DNA of 64,000 nucleotides, taken from Octopus sinensis. Lineage: Eukaryota. The stretch lies in the NCBI RefSeq assembly GCF_006345805.1, contig NC_043015.1, positions 18,228,001 through 18,292,000 of the forward strand, written 5' to 3'. The position numbers and the translations under genes are program-made. Under the pieces are notes generated by a model. That model was not told the origin of the DNA. It ran no database searches and worked only from the letters and a program-made list of their open reading frames with translations. Below, piece after piece: positions 12,136 through 24,225 of this stretch (positions are counted from its first letter, which is position 1; each line of letters starts with the position of its first letter).

Positions 12136-12146
12136 ATATATATATA
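11463..12146. repeat. AT-rich micro/minisatellite (TATATATAACATAA-type units)
   Basis: Direct inspection; source of spurious IY ORFs. Confidence 0.95.
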
Positions 12147-13712
12147 TGACGACCTTGCTCTAATTGTTGAGTCACTATCAAAACTAGAGAAGTTTCAAGT
12201 GTGGAAACAAGGATTAGAATCGAAGGGCCTTAGAATCAACCTAGCTAAAACCAAAGTCCTAATAAGTAAGAAGGCAGGCAAATCACAAATCTCTGCTCGA
12301 TCTGTAGTAGAGGCGTAGGTAGAAACTCTATAAGATGTAACCAGTGTAAGTTATGGACACATAAGGAAGGCTAACTGGGAAGATAGTTTTTGTATGTGGC
12401 AGATGCTTGGGAGCAATAAACACCGAAAATGCGCAGAGACCAACTTCCGCCACATTCCAGGGAGAAAAACTAGAAGTAGTTGATAGCTTCCATTACCTAG
12501 GTGACCAAGTTAATAGCAGAGGAGGGTGCGCTGAAAGTGTAGCTGCTAGAATAAGAATAGCTTGGGAAAAGTTCAGGGAGCTATTACCTCTGCTGGTGAC
12601 AAAGGGCCTCTCGCTCAGAGTAAAAGGTAGACTGTATGATGCATGTTTACAAACAGCCATGCTACACAGCAGTGAAACATGGGCCGTGACTGCTGAGGAC
12701 ATGCGTAAGTTCGCAAGGAATGAAGCCAGTATGATTCGATGGATGCGTAATGTCAGTGTGCATACTCGACAGAGTGTAAGTACCTTGAGAGAAAAGTTGG
12801 ACCTAAGAAGCATTAGATGTGGTGTGCAAGAGATGACTGCGTTGGTTTGGTCATGTGGCGAGAATGGATGAGGATAGCTGTGTGAAAAAGTGCCACATCC
12901 TAGCGGTTGAGGGAACCTGTGGAAGAGGTAGACCTGGGATGAAGTGGTGAAGCACGACCTTCGAACATAAGGCCTCACCAAGGAAATGACTAGTGATCGA
13001 GACTTTTGGAAATATGCTGTGCTTGAGAAGACCCGGCAAGCCAAATGAGACCATAACCTGTGGCCTATGCCTGGAGCATAACCAGCCCACTTATGCGTGC
13101 CTTTTCCTTCTTTGGTTACTAAACGCTTGCGAAGACCTGTCGAGGCAAGTGAAATCAAAATCAATCAAAACCAAAATCAATTCGATGACTGGCATCCGTG
13201 CTAGCGGGGTGCAAAGAGCACCATACAAGTTGACAGAGTGACTAACCGGCTTCTGTGCCAGTGGCACATAAAGGGCACCATTTGAGAATGATCATTACCA
13301 GTGTCGCCTTATTGGCACTTGAGCATGTGCTAGTAGGGTGCTAGTCCAAGCGTGATCGTTGCTGGAGAAGCCAACTGGCTTCCGTACCTGTGGCACGTAA
13401 AAGGGCATCTTTTGAGCGTGATTGTTACCAACATCGCCTCACTGGCACCTGTGCTGGTGGCACGTGTAAAAAAGATTCGAGCGAGGTTGGTGCCAGTACC
13501 GCCTGACTGGCACCCGTACTGGTGGCATGTAAAAAGCACCCACTACACTCTTGGAGTGGTTGGCGTTAGGAAGGGCATCCAGCTGTAGAAACTCTGCCAG
13601 ATCAAGATTGGAGCCTGGTGCTGCCATCTGGTTCGCCTGTCCTCAGTCAAAATCGTCCAACCCATGCTAGCATGGAAAGCGGACATTAAACGATGATGGT
13701 GATGATGATGAT
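12147..13712 (+). mobile_element. 5'-truncated RTE-X-type LINE (RT C-terminus plus 3' UTR), degraded
   Basis: DDLALIVES...[13 protein letters not shown]; LEVVDSFHYLGDQV; RLYDACLQTAMLHSSETW; 3' UTR with ggcac-type repeats ending ccaacccatgctagcatggaaagcggacattaaacgatgatg. Confidence 0.88.
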
Positions 13713-13725
13713 AAATATATATATA

Positions 13726-14146
13726 CAGGGGTTGGACAAAATAATGGAAACGCCTAGCATTATAGCATCAATTTTTAAATATATCTATAAAACCACCAAA
13801 TGCTTGTTTATTTTGATGGTTTTTGATTTATTATTAGTGTTGGTTAATATGTTTTGCTAAAATTGCTGTTTCTTTTCAGATATAATCAAAAAGAGGTAAT
13901 TAAAATGACAGATCTATCAGACTTTCAAAGAGGTCAAATTGTTGGTGCTTTTATGACAGGTACTAGCATAATGAAAACAACTGAAATGTTTGGTGTATTA
14001 TGAAGTACTGTCTTGAAAGTAATGACAGCTTCTGAGAAAGCAGGAAAAACCTCCTCATCAAAACAAAACACTGGAAGAAAACCAAATCTTTGAGATGGGA
14101 CCATCAGACTGTTGCACAAATCGTTAGAAAGGAACACAAAATTACG
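13726..14146 (+). mobile_element. Tc1-like DNA transposon 5' fragment
   Basis: TA|CAGGGGTTGGACAAAATAATGGAAAC TIR; from 13905 MTDLSDFQRGQIVGAFMTGTSIMKTTEMFGV*STVLKV...GRKP HTH region. Confidence 0.8.
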
Positions 14147-14164
14147 TACACACATATAGATACA

Positions 14165-14490
14165 GATATGGCTGTGTGGCAAGAAGTTTCCTTCCCAACC
14201 ATATGATTCTGAGCTTAGTTCCACTGTGTGACAACTTGGACAAATGTCTTCTATAACCTCAGGCTGACCAAAGTCTTGTGAGTGGATTTAGTTGATGGAA
14301 ACTGAAACAAAATCGTGTGTGTGTGTGTGTGTGTATGAATGTTTTCACTTATTTCCCACTACTTAACAACCAGTGTTGGTGTGTTTACATCTCAGTAACT
14401 TAGTGGTTCATCAAATGAGGCTGTTAGAATAAGTACCAGGCACACAAAAAAAGAAGTACTGGGGTTGATTCATTTGACTAAAATTCTGAT
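14165..14490 (+). mobile_element. tRNA-derived SINE, degraded
   Basis: Head gatatggctgtgtggcaagaag..., internal (TG)n, tail ttagaataagtaccagg...gtactggggttgattcatttgac. Confidence 0.75.
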
Positions 14491-14536
14491 AAAAGATATA
14501 TATGTGTGTGTGTGTATATATATATAAATAAATATA

Positions 14537-14938
14537 TACTCTTTTACTCTCTTTTACCTGTTTCAGTCATTTGACTGCAGCCATGCTGGAGCACCACCTT
14601 TAATCAAGCAACTCGACCCCGGGACTTATTCTTTGTAAGCCCAGTACTTATTCTATCGGTCTCTTTTTGCCGAACCGCTAAGTGACGGGGACATAAACAC
14701 ACCAGCATCGGTTGTCAAGCAATGCTAGGGGGACAAACACAGACACACAAACACACACGCATACATATATATATACGACAGGCTTCTTTCAGTTTCCGTC
14801 TACCAAATCCACTCACAAGGCTTTGGTCAGCCCGAGGCTATAGTAGAAGACACTTGCCCAAGGTGCCACGCAGTGGAGCTGAACCCGGAACCATGTGGTT
14901 GGTAAACAAGCTACTTACCACACAGCCACTCCTGCGCC
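14537..14938 (-). mobile_element. tRNA-derived SINE (same family as 14165-14490 and 53056-53460)
   Basis: Minus head aggagtggctgtgtggtaagtagc...gggttcagctcc (A/B-box-like); full body and tail. Confidence 0.85.
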
Positions 14939-15182
14939 TATATATATATATATATACAAATCTGTACATCACTTAAAACAATACACACACACAGAAACAA
15001 ATAGTAATGTCAAACAAATAAATTACAGAATATATCTACAAATGTTTCATTAAGAGATTTTATTGTGATGTAAGATTGCACAGGCAAGTATGTAAGATGT
15101 GCAATATATATAAGGATATGCAATATTAGAAATATTAAATTTCTAAATGTCTCAAAGAGACATGAGTGGTGGTGGAGTGATA

Positions 15183-15621
15183 GAGTGGTTGTATACTGTC
15201 AACATAACGTGACAGTCCTGTAAAGGGAATTACACCACCGCTGTTTAGCCCTAGGAAGCATCGACACTTCCTGTCGGCTTTGACACATTTCCTGTGTCAT
15301 TATATTTGTGAAGGGGAGGCAAGTACCCCCACCAGCTAGGATTCACACCTTAGGACATGCATGTTTCTGGGTCTTAACCCGTTATCAGCCCAGCAGCAGA
15401 TCTCACTATCCTGGGCTGATGACGGATTAAGACCCAGAAACATGCATGTCCTCAGGTTGCTAGTCCTAGCTGGTGGGGGTACTTGCCTCCCCTTCACAAA
15501 TATAAGGACACAGGAAATGTGTCAAAGCCGACAGGAAGCGTCGATGCTTCCTAAGGCTAAACAGCGGTGGTGTAATTCCCTTACGGGACCGTCACATTAT
15601 GTTGACAGTATACAACCACTC
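15183..15621. mobile_element. 439-bp palindromic element (arms 15183-15393 / 15411-15621, 17-nt loop) with central hammerhead ribozymes
   Basis: Arms are reverse complements with about a dozen differences; non-coding; HHR motif at the inner end of each arm. Confidence 0.85.
15410..15456 (+). ncRNA. Minimal type-I hammerhead ribozyme
   Basis: Stem I CCTGGG/CTCAGG; core CTGATGA (15416-22); stem II C-GGAT(TAAG)ACCC-A; GAAAC (15437-41); palindromic stem III ACATGCATGT; GTC cleavage triplet (15448-50). Confidence 0.8.
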
Positions 15622-15839
15622 GATATGCAATATGTTACATTTAAACTCTCAAATTTTCAGGTTATATCATATTGTAGACAGGTAAATATTGATATGATAC
15701 TACATTGAAAAACATAGTATATGAAAACCAAGTAAGGAATATCACTAGTGCAAAAATGGAAGAGGGTCAATTGAAATCATAGATAGTTCATTTAGGCTGC
15801 TCAAGTAATTGACAGTTGGAATGGCAAGTTATGTATAAG

Positions 15840-16590
15840 TAGTTAGTTAGTTAGTTAGTTAGTTAGTTAATTTGGCTCAAAAGCAAATAGCAAGGCCATG
15901 TAGGGGGACATGGAGTTAAGTACAGGGTGGTGTTCATGTAAAGAGTTCAGGCCACTTGAAGTCCAGGGAGGCTTTGAACAAAGCGGTCGTCGGCATCTTC
16001 ACCATCTCGTCTGGCAGCTTGTTCCACGGATCCGCAACCCGGACGGAGAAAGCTCCTCTCCTTCGATTGAGATGAAATCGTCGCAGGTAGAGCTTTTCGG
16101 AATGACCCCGCAGCCGACGCTCCGGAGCAGGAGTGAAGAACAGCTCTTTCGAGAGGTTACACTTCCCGCTTATGATGTTGTGGGCGAGAATGAGATCACC
16201 ACGGCGGCGGCGTTTTTCAAGAGAATAAAGGTCGAGCGTCCTCAGCCTTTCTTCGTAGGACAAATTTTTGAGACCATGAACCATGCGGGTAGCCAGCCTC
16301 TGGACTCTTTCGAGGTGCTGTGTGTCTTTGAGGAGATAAGGAGAAGAGGCTTGAATCCCATACTCCAATATGGGTCTCACCAGCGTGACATAGAGTGGCA
16401 GGAATATGGCTGCTGTGAGCATTCCGAATGACCGTCGAATCAAAAACAGAATTCCGCGCACTTTGTTGGCAGCATGGACGCACTGGGCCGAAGGCGAAAA
16501 GGAGGAATCCACCAAGATACCCAGGTCCTTTACCTGATCGGTCCTCTCCAGCAGCAGACGACCCGGCTCGAAATCAAGTTGAGTTGCAGG
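15840..16590 (-). mobile_element. 5'-truncated CR1-clade LINE with open C-terminal ORF and (TAAC)n tail
   Basis: VKDLGILVDSSF...LYVTLVRPILEYG...LERVQRLATRMV...LSYEERL...LEKRRRRGDLI...WNKLP; 3' UTR then (TAAC)n. Confidence 0.9.
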
Positions 16591-16722
16591 AGTAGTAAGG
16601 GGACTTAATATAATTGTTTAGAACAAAGAACAAAAAAGTTGAATGGTATCTCAATGCCATTCAACCCTTTTTTCTTTGTTTGTTCTTTGTTCTAATCAAT
16701 TATGTTAGGTCCCTTTACTACT
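16591..16722. repeat. Short hairpin/MITE-like inverted repeat
   Basis: agtagtaaggggacttaatataattgtttagaacaaagaaca...gttgaatgg / ccattcaac...tgttctttgttctaatcaattatgttaggtccctttactact. Confidence 0.8.
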
Positions 16723-16874
16723 TAAACATAACTTGGCAGGCCCAGTTCCTGTTGTTAATTTCTTGAACTAGCAGTATTCTTTATTTGATTTTCATATGTT
16801 ACTATGTTATTTAATGTAGTGGCATATCAATATTTACCTGTCTACATTATGGTATAAATGGAGGATTTGAGAGT

Positions 16875-17059
16875 TTAACCCTTCAGCATTTAAACCAGCC
16901 ATATCTGGCTTCTTACATCTACCCTACAATGTCATTCAAAAACTAAACAATCATACCATTGAAATGTCTATGCTGTGAGATAATTCATGATAAATTCAAA
17001 ACAATGTAAATAGATAAACATTAAATTTGACAGAGTAATCTAAATGCTAAAAGATTGAA
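16875..17059. mobile_element. piggyBac-like (TTAA) MITE
   Basis: Starts TTAACCCTTCAGCATTT, ends AAATGCTAAAAGATTGAA; related reversed copy at ~54775-55000. Confidence 0.6.
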
Positions 17060-18024
17060 TAATCTTATGGATATTGCATGTCTTACATGCTTCCCTGTAC
17101 AATAAAATCTCTTAATGAAACATTTGTTGATATACTGTATAATCCATTTGTCTTCATTATTATATTATGTCATGCTTAAAGTTCCATTGGGTTTTGGATA
17201 CTCTTGGATTTCTAAATATCAAATACCAGTGAACTTAACCTCCATTGACAAGTCCTCTATGCTAACTAAATGAATTGTTTACATGCTGATTTGTGTCATA
17301 CTGTCTAGCAATTAAGTGTGGTCTATTTCCCTTTGATCTGCTTTGGTTTAATAAATGTATCCTCATTAATCATTATGTGTGTGTATACATACACACATAT
17401 ATATAAGCACACACACATATATATATCTACTACATATCCGGAAAATCAGTGTGTGTTTATTAGTGGCTTTGTTAGCTAACTCCTACATCGTTTTATTGAT
17501 TTTGATGAAACTTGACACATGAGTAGAATTCATGACATACTTAGATTGTTGAAAAAATCGATAATACAGCCCCGGGAAAGGACCTTTATATCTACCTCAT
17601 ATAACTTATTGTTTAAACACCCAAGGGAAATAACCCATAGCACCTGTACAATATTTTTCTTAAACACTCAAGGGAAATAACCCATTTCATTGTTTATGTT
17701 TGATTACTTTGCCGACCTCTGACAACCTCTCTCACCAACCCCCAACAATCTTTTTTGCCAACCTCCAACAATCTCTCCCTCCTCCAGCTGACAGTTTTTT
17801 GTACTTTTTTTGTGATAGAAAATACACCTTCTGTGGAAGTTATAATGAAATTGCTTTCTTATATCAGAGTAATAAGGCGTTTCAATAGAACATTTTTACC
17901 CCAAGGAATTACCAGGTACACATATATCTGTGTGTATGTGAGTGCATGCATATCTGTATGTATGTATCTCTACATACACGTATATATGTGTATCTGTATG
18001 TGTGCATGTATGTATGTATGTATG

Positions 18025-18073
<49 letters not shown>

Positions 18074-18796
18074 CTATACACATCCCCTTAACTACTTTGT
18101 TATGTACATCATCACCACCAACTTGTCCCTATCTACCCTCATGCATTTACTACTCTATCTCTCCTTCATATTGTTATATACTATCTGAAGGCCTTCTACT
18201 CATATCCACCCAACTTTATTTTCAACAATGGAATAGCAACTTCCGTCATCTTTTACTACAGATTTTCTGTGATGCTTCAACAATAGATCTTTTACTATGA
18301 ATTTCCTTAATTCTTTGATCACAGATCTACCTACCAATATCATCTTTTACTTTGGACACTTTTTAATCTCTCAACAAACTGGTAATTAATAAAATCCTGG
18401 ATTAAGGTTATTCCTTATTTCTTTCTCTCTCTCCGATGACAGAATACTTAGCTGATATGGAAATCTTTACTCAGTAACATGTGCTCCACATGCTCAACTA
18501 TTTTAGAAACAGCTGAAACAGATTTTATCTATTTACTGTAACTACTCTGCACTATGTTTAAATTATAAATATAAATGCTCTTTAGAGCATTGATACCATA
18601 TGTTTTGTTTGTTCATTCACTGCTTTTAATATATATCTATCTGCTCAAGAATAAACCACTTCTAACCATCTTTGATAGATAGCTTCAACACTACTTTTTT
18701 CTTGGTTGCACTTCAAACCAGAGTTTTAGTGATAAACCAAACTGAGTACATACCTGTTACTTTACGTCATCAGATGTAAACTCTTTATAAATACTA

Positions 18797-18847
<51 letters not shown>

Positions 18848-19199
18848 ATATATATATGTATACACACACACGTCTATGTGTATGTGGTATGAAATTCAAC
18901 AAAAAGTATAAAACTCAGCCAATTAAGAAAATAAAGATATTATTATAACAATAACCACACACACACACAAAAACTGAGAAATACAGCTACCTAGTGTTTC
19001 CTAGCTGAAAAATTAAATTTATTTCACCTGGTAAAATTCAGTAAGACAGTTTAATAACTGCATACAATGTAAATTGGAGTTTGAATGAGCACATGTATTT
19101 AGAAAAATACAGCAATTGATGAGAGATAATTAATGGCACTGGAAATATAGACAGTGTTTTATGAGTGCTGAAAGTTTTATAAACAGTGGTTTATCCTTA

Positions 19200-19960
19200 A
19201 CGTCTAAGGTGTATTTTGTAAAAGTGCAAACATGATGAAAAAATATTGCTTTTGGTATTTCTACAGTTCCTGGAATTCTTAGGTTTTTTTTAAAAGATAC
19301 AATTCTTAGGTTTTTTTTTAAAGATATGATTTTTCAAGTGAGTATGTAGAACATCATTTTGACCTGTTAATATAAGATCTAGTTATAGAAAGTATCTTCT
19401 GTTTGATGTTTGTATCCTTAAGTCTCCAGATTAATGCTGTGAGGGTTGTTGCATGTCTCTGCTTGGGATTCCCAAAGGTAGAAGGGTGGTTGTTGTATCT
19501 GGATTAAAATTTTTCCTCCATGGATACTATTATAATGTTTGGTTTCCATCTAGCTGGTGTCATAGTTTGCCAGTGCATGTGTTTCATAAACAAGGAAGAT
19601 ATATCATATACTCATGAGCACATTTAGATTTATATCTGCATAAGCATCCAGAACTGCTCCAAGTCATTTGTTATTCACTAATATAAGTTTTTACATTATG
19701 GGGACAGGAATGTGTAATTTTGTGTGCCCATTAAATATCTTGCTAAACCTATGGTTGCTGGGAAAGTGATTATTCAATAAGAATAAGACTTGTCTACCTA
19801 TATTTGCCATAAGATTTAGGAAGAAGGGTAGGGTGAACCATAGAATATAGTGGAAACTCGTCTTATGACTAGATAATTGAGGAGGTGGAGAGTTATAAGA
19901 GATATCATCAATAAAACCGCTTTTCTGTAAAGGCTTTTATGATATGGGGATGCCTTTTCA
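19200..19960 (-). mobile_element. Highly degraded Penelope-like element (GIY-YIG/C-terminal region)
   Basis: Minus-strand translation RYNNHPSTFGNPKQRHATTLTALIWRLKD...YINRSK*CSTYSLEKSYL resembles PLE endonuclease C-terminus; FIDDI-like RT remnant near 19910. Confidence 0.55.
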
Positions 19961-21407
19961 AATATTTCTCTAGATGATTCTATGGCTTATGTTAGAAATT
20001 GAGCTCTTAAATATAATAGGTGGGTGGAAAGCATGTTTATAATATATATTACATTTTTGTTGGGCTTATGGAAAGATTTATAGGAATTAGTCTTGAGGTG
20101 ATCATTCAAACTACAATTACTTTGAATGCAGTTACTAAACTATCTTGTTGATTTTACCAGCTTGACAAATGACAGAATAAATTTTATACTTAATATTTTG
20201 TGTTGGAAACCCTGGGTATCTATATTTCACAAGTTTTTTCTGTATTTTTTATTATAATACTACGCACACTGAAACACATGTTCATTCATTCATCCATATA
20301 TATATATGTAAAGTTTCAAATGTTTGTACGAATAAGAGAGTTGTAGTGAGGACTTGCTGACTTTCAACATAATGTCACTAGTTTTGTTACCTCCAAGATA
20401 AATGTCCAAATAAATACTTGTCATCCTATTTCAAAATAGAAACATCTAACTTTGTTTTAATCTCTCAGACAATATATTTGGCAATAATGTACATTAAAAT
20501 AAGATATTATATATATGCTACTAGATATGAGATAAATGACCACTAAAGTTAGCATTTTTAATTGTTTGGAAACCTTCTTTGATTGAGTGATGCATAAATT
20601 AAAGATATTGTTATAGCAGTAATATCACTTCATGTCTATACACATATACAAATAATAAAGTTTGAAAAACATTAAATATAAACATATCATTTAAAAAAGT
20701 GAATTGTAAAATTCAATGATATTTTTGTTCTGTCTGAATAAATATATGTGAATAATTGGTGTGGAATGTATCAGCTATAATAAAGCTGAATACCAGTGAA
20801 ACTAGAACATGCCTTTAGTGTTTTCCTTTTAAATCAGAACTTCTGTACAGATTCATCAATCAACTGCATACAAAAGGATGTCCTGAAATGAAAACATGGC
20901 ACATGCAGTATACACTTGACATTTAGTAAAAACTTTGGAATCAAGTTTAAAGTTGCTTGCATACATATCAAAGCTAGAAAAGGTTCCACTCAAGATAATA
21001 TATTATTATACAGAAAGGAAACCTTTTCAACTGAGAAATGTGGGGAATGTGCAGTTTATATTTTACAGAATTGTGGTTACAACCACCAAGACATCATAAT
21101 TTACATATAAATACATGCTCACTCTCTCTCACACACAGGCACGCACACAGGTATGACTTATTGCTACAAGCCATACATATTTCACATACTGTATGCATAC
21201 AAGCAGATTCTTTTTCTCCAATGTCTCAAGCAATAGTCACTGGATAAATGTGCAGTATAGTTTTTCCATATAACAGTGGAATAAACAGAAGTCCTACAGT
21301 CAATACTGGGATTCCTTTGCAATGATCCAGATATGCAGCTATGATAATATCTGAATAGATTATGTTTAGGGCATGTTTCCAAATGAGTAGGAATTAATCT
21401 GCAGAAT

Positions 21408-21480
21408 TTATAATGCAGGAATACTAAAGATAATAAAGAATGTTGAGATGTCTTTCTTGTAGATGTCATCATCATTATAA
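21408..21480 (-). CDS. Putative short terminal exon (YNDDDIYKKDISTFFIIFSIPAL*)
   Basis: GCTAAT branch-like motif, pyrimidine tract, TACAG| acceptor; phase fits the phase-2 donor at 21600; alternative in-frame acceptor 9 nt upstream. Confidence 0.3.
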
Positions 21481-21599
21481 CTGTAATTACTAATAGAAGA
21501 AAAATTAGCAATTTTAATTTATATTTCTAGTAGTATGCAAAGCTAATTTTTCTCTTAGCATCTTTCTTTCCTAATTCACATGTGAACATAACAGCTCAC

Positions 21600-22030
21600 A
21601 CAAATGCCTTGTCTCGACGTTGCTGTTGCTGCTGCTGCTGCTTTTGTAGTTGCTGCTGCCGAATATTCTGTTGCTGGATCTGTGGTGGAGCTTGCATGTC
21701 TTGTTGCTGAGAAGGTAGTGGAGCCTGTAACTGAACACCAGGAGCATTATTGATTGAATGACTCTGAGTGGCAGTGAGTGAGCCAACAGAAACAGAACCA
21801 CTTTCTTCTCTAATTGGAGCCAAAGATGTCTGCTTGAAATAGTTGCTATTGGCTGCAACGTTAGTGGCTGCTGAATGAGTGATTTTAATGTTGGTGCCAA
21901 CAGCTCCAGTCAGGTGACCTCCAGGTGCAACACTCACTTGTGTGTCTACACTTCGGTAATCCTCAGCAGGATAGTAGAGTTGTCTGTATTGTTGGTCCTC
22001 AGTACTTGCACTAAATGTTGAAGAGTATGC
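21600..22030 (-). CDS. Putative host-gene exon encoding S/T/Q-rich low-complexity polypeptide with polyQ (AYSSTFSASTEDQQYRQLYY...QQQQQQQRRDKAFV)
   Basis: CTGCAG|GCA acceptor, ~143 open non-TE codons, GT|GTGAGC donor (or in-frame TGA at 21596-98). Confidence 0.65.
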
Positions 22031-22034
22031 CTGC

Positions 22035-22035
<1 letters not shown>

Positions 22036-22095
<60 letters not shown>

Positions 22096-22096
22096 C

Positions 22097-22140
<44 letters not shown>

Positions 22141-22173
22141 CTAGATAGATAGATAGATAGATAGCTAGATAGC

Positions 22174-22205
<32 letters not shown>
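22036..22205. repeat. (GATA)n microsatellite
   Basis: ~42 near-perfect GATA units directly upstream (minus strand) of the exon acceptor. Confidence 0.98.
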
Positions 22206-23309
22206 CAGACAGAAAGAGAGAGAGAGAGAGAAATATACATCAACATATCCCTTTCAAAGATCAATTTTTGGTAAAAGCTTCTATAGAAGAACAATTAAAT
22301 GTTAGATAAGACTTTAACAGCATATTTGAAACAATAATGTTATTCATGAAATGTTGTAAAACATAAAATAAAATTGAAAACTGGAAACAGTTTTCAGTAA
22401 AATGAAACTTCACAAATATTGTATGGTTAAATAAAAGAAGGATGATTAAAGCAGGCCTCAAAGTTACCTGACAATCAATAATAATGAAAATGGATGCAAT
22501 ATACTCTGCTACAATTCATCTGACATAACCAGGCATTACATGGCAGAAAACATACCATGCTACCAACCTCCTTTTAACTTTAAAAAAAAAAAAGAAAGAC
22601 AAAGAAATAAAATGACAATTATTCATCTCATGTCTGGTATTTGCTGATTTACTTAAATTTAATAAGTTAGATAACCAATAATAGCTATATTTTAAAATGG
22701 TGGCTGCTCCATGATTGATGCTAGTCCTGATAATAACTTTCAAGATTTTTTCTCACTGAAAATATTGATTAAAATGTTAACAACTCTGAAATATAAAATA
22801 AGGAATAAAATTTTATACTGTATTATGTTTAATAACAGGAATTAGATACATTATATAGCAAACACTACATTTAGTGTTAATACAAATGTAATATGGATTA
22901 CCTTCTCAAGATAACTTTAAAATAAGTACATGCATGGAATGAATATTGCCAATAACCTAAAATCAACTCACAGTATAAATACAAAATATTTAAAATAAAG
23001 CAAATTTTCTTCTTTATGCAGGTATTGTTTTACATGAATTCATACTCATGTCTAAAGTAAACTTCTGGTTAGAGGAAGAGAGATGAAATGCTCATAACAT
23101 TTGTAGACTGGTGAGATTGATGAGGTTAAAACATTTCTGTAGGCAAAGAGCTGTAGTTCTGAGGTGAAATGATGCAAAAGAGTATTTAGTATGGGATAAG
23201 TTAACACAATAGGGAAGAAAGAAAAGGAGGGAAGGTTAATTAGGGACACTTAGAATAGCTTGTAACTTCAAATTAGAAACAGGCTTTGTAGTAATGAGAG
23301 AAAAGGTAA

Positions 23310-23373
23310 ATTGAAGAAACAGCATGTTAGTCATAATTGATTGCAATTATGACTAGCATGCTGTTTCTTCAAT
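23310..23373. other. Isolated 64-nt near-perfect hairpin (30-bp stem, 4-nt loop)
   Basis: attgaagaaacagcatgttagtcataattg-attg-caattatgactagcatgctgtttcttcaat; one G.U pair. Confidence 0.85.
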
Positions 23374-24182
23374 GTTGGTGAGTGAATCTTTGGCAAATCA
23401 GCTGAATAGGCTGATTTGGGTGAGATCTAAAAAGAATGTTTGTATGCAGCAGTAGTAGCATCTAACATTACAAGTCTTTGACTTGTATTCTTTGACTTGT
23501 ATTCTAACATGAGTTACATTTCAGTCTTGTGGAGTCAATCAAATCTGAAATATTTAATGATTTTGAAGATAAAGCCTAGTCTTTTACAATGTAATGTTTT
23601 TCACATAAATATGTGAAAAACATTTTGTACATGAATGCAAGGAACTGTAGAGAGTTTGTGAGTTTTATGTGTGTATTGTTCAAAGAGTGTGTACTGGTTA
23701 CATCTTGGTGTTGATGAAGACTTTGTTAGCACATTCCCATTTACTACTACTTAAGATAGTAAAAGTAAAAGCAAATAATAATAAAACTGCAGGAATTATT
23801 GAAATGCATGTGTATTTAGTTTGGGTGACTGTTTTTAACCTTGAATTCATTACAAAATAGGATTTTTATCTTGCAAGATTAAATCAGACAAGATATCTTA
23901 TGAAATATTCACAAGAATCAAAACCTTATGTATACTTAGTTGAGGTAGGTAAGAAAACACAGAAAATGTTGGAGAATCTGCAGGGAAAGATCATTAACAT
24001 AAACTGAAATATTATAAAATAAGCAAGATCATCTTGAAAAACAACTTAGAAACAAAATAGAACTAAAAAAAGACATCAATTTACATTAATAATAATAATA
24101 TATTTTAAAAAAGGATTGACGTAACTCTTCACAAAAGTAAACAGTCAAGACAAAGAGTGCGATTCGATTGTAAGTTATTTTA

Positions 24183-24225
24183 TTGAACAATATTTCAACA
24201 GTATGTCTGTCTTTGTCAAGTTCAA
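24183..24225 (-). ncRNA. Mirror copy of the U3-A8 hammerhead (ATT triplet)
   Basis: Reverse complement of 25507-25549 with ATC->ATT. Confidence 0.55.

Noticed and set aside
15910-16431. 173-aa plus-strand ORF
   Set aside because: Antisense shadow of the open CR1 ORF.
18765-18780. CTGATGA on the minus strand as another hammerhead (also CTGATGA at ~26967, CTGAGGA at ~4645 and ~5502)
   Set aside because: No stem II plus GAAA and no stem I partner at a suitable distance.
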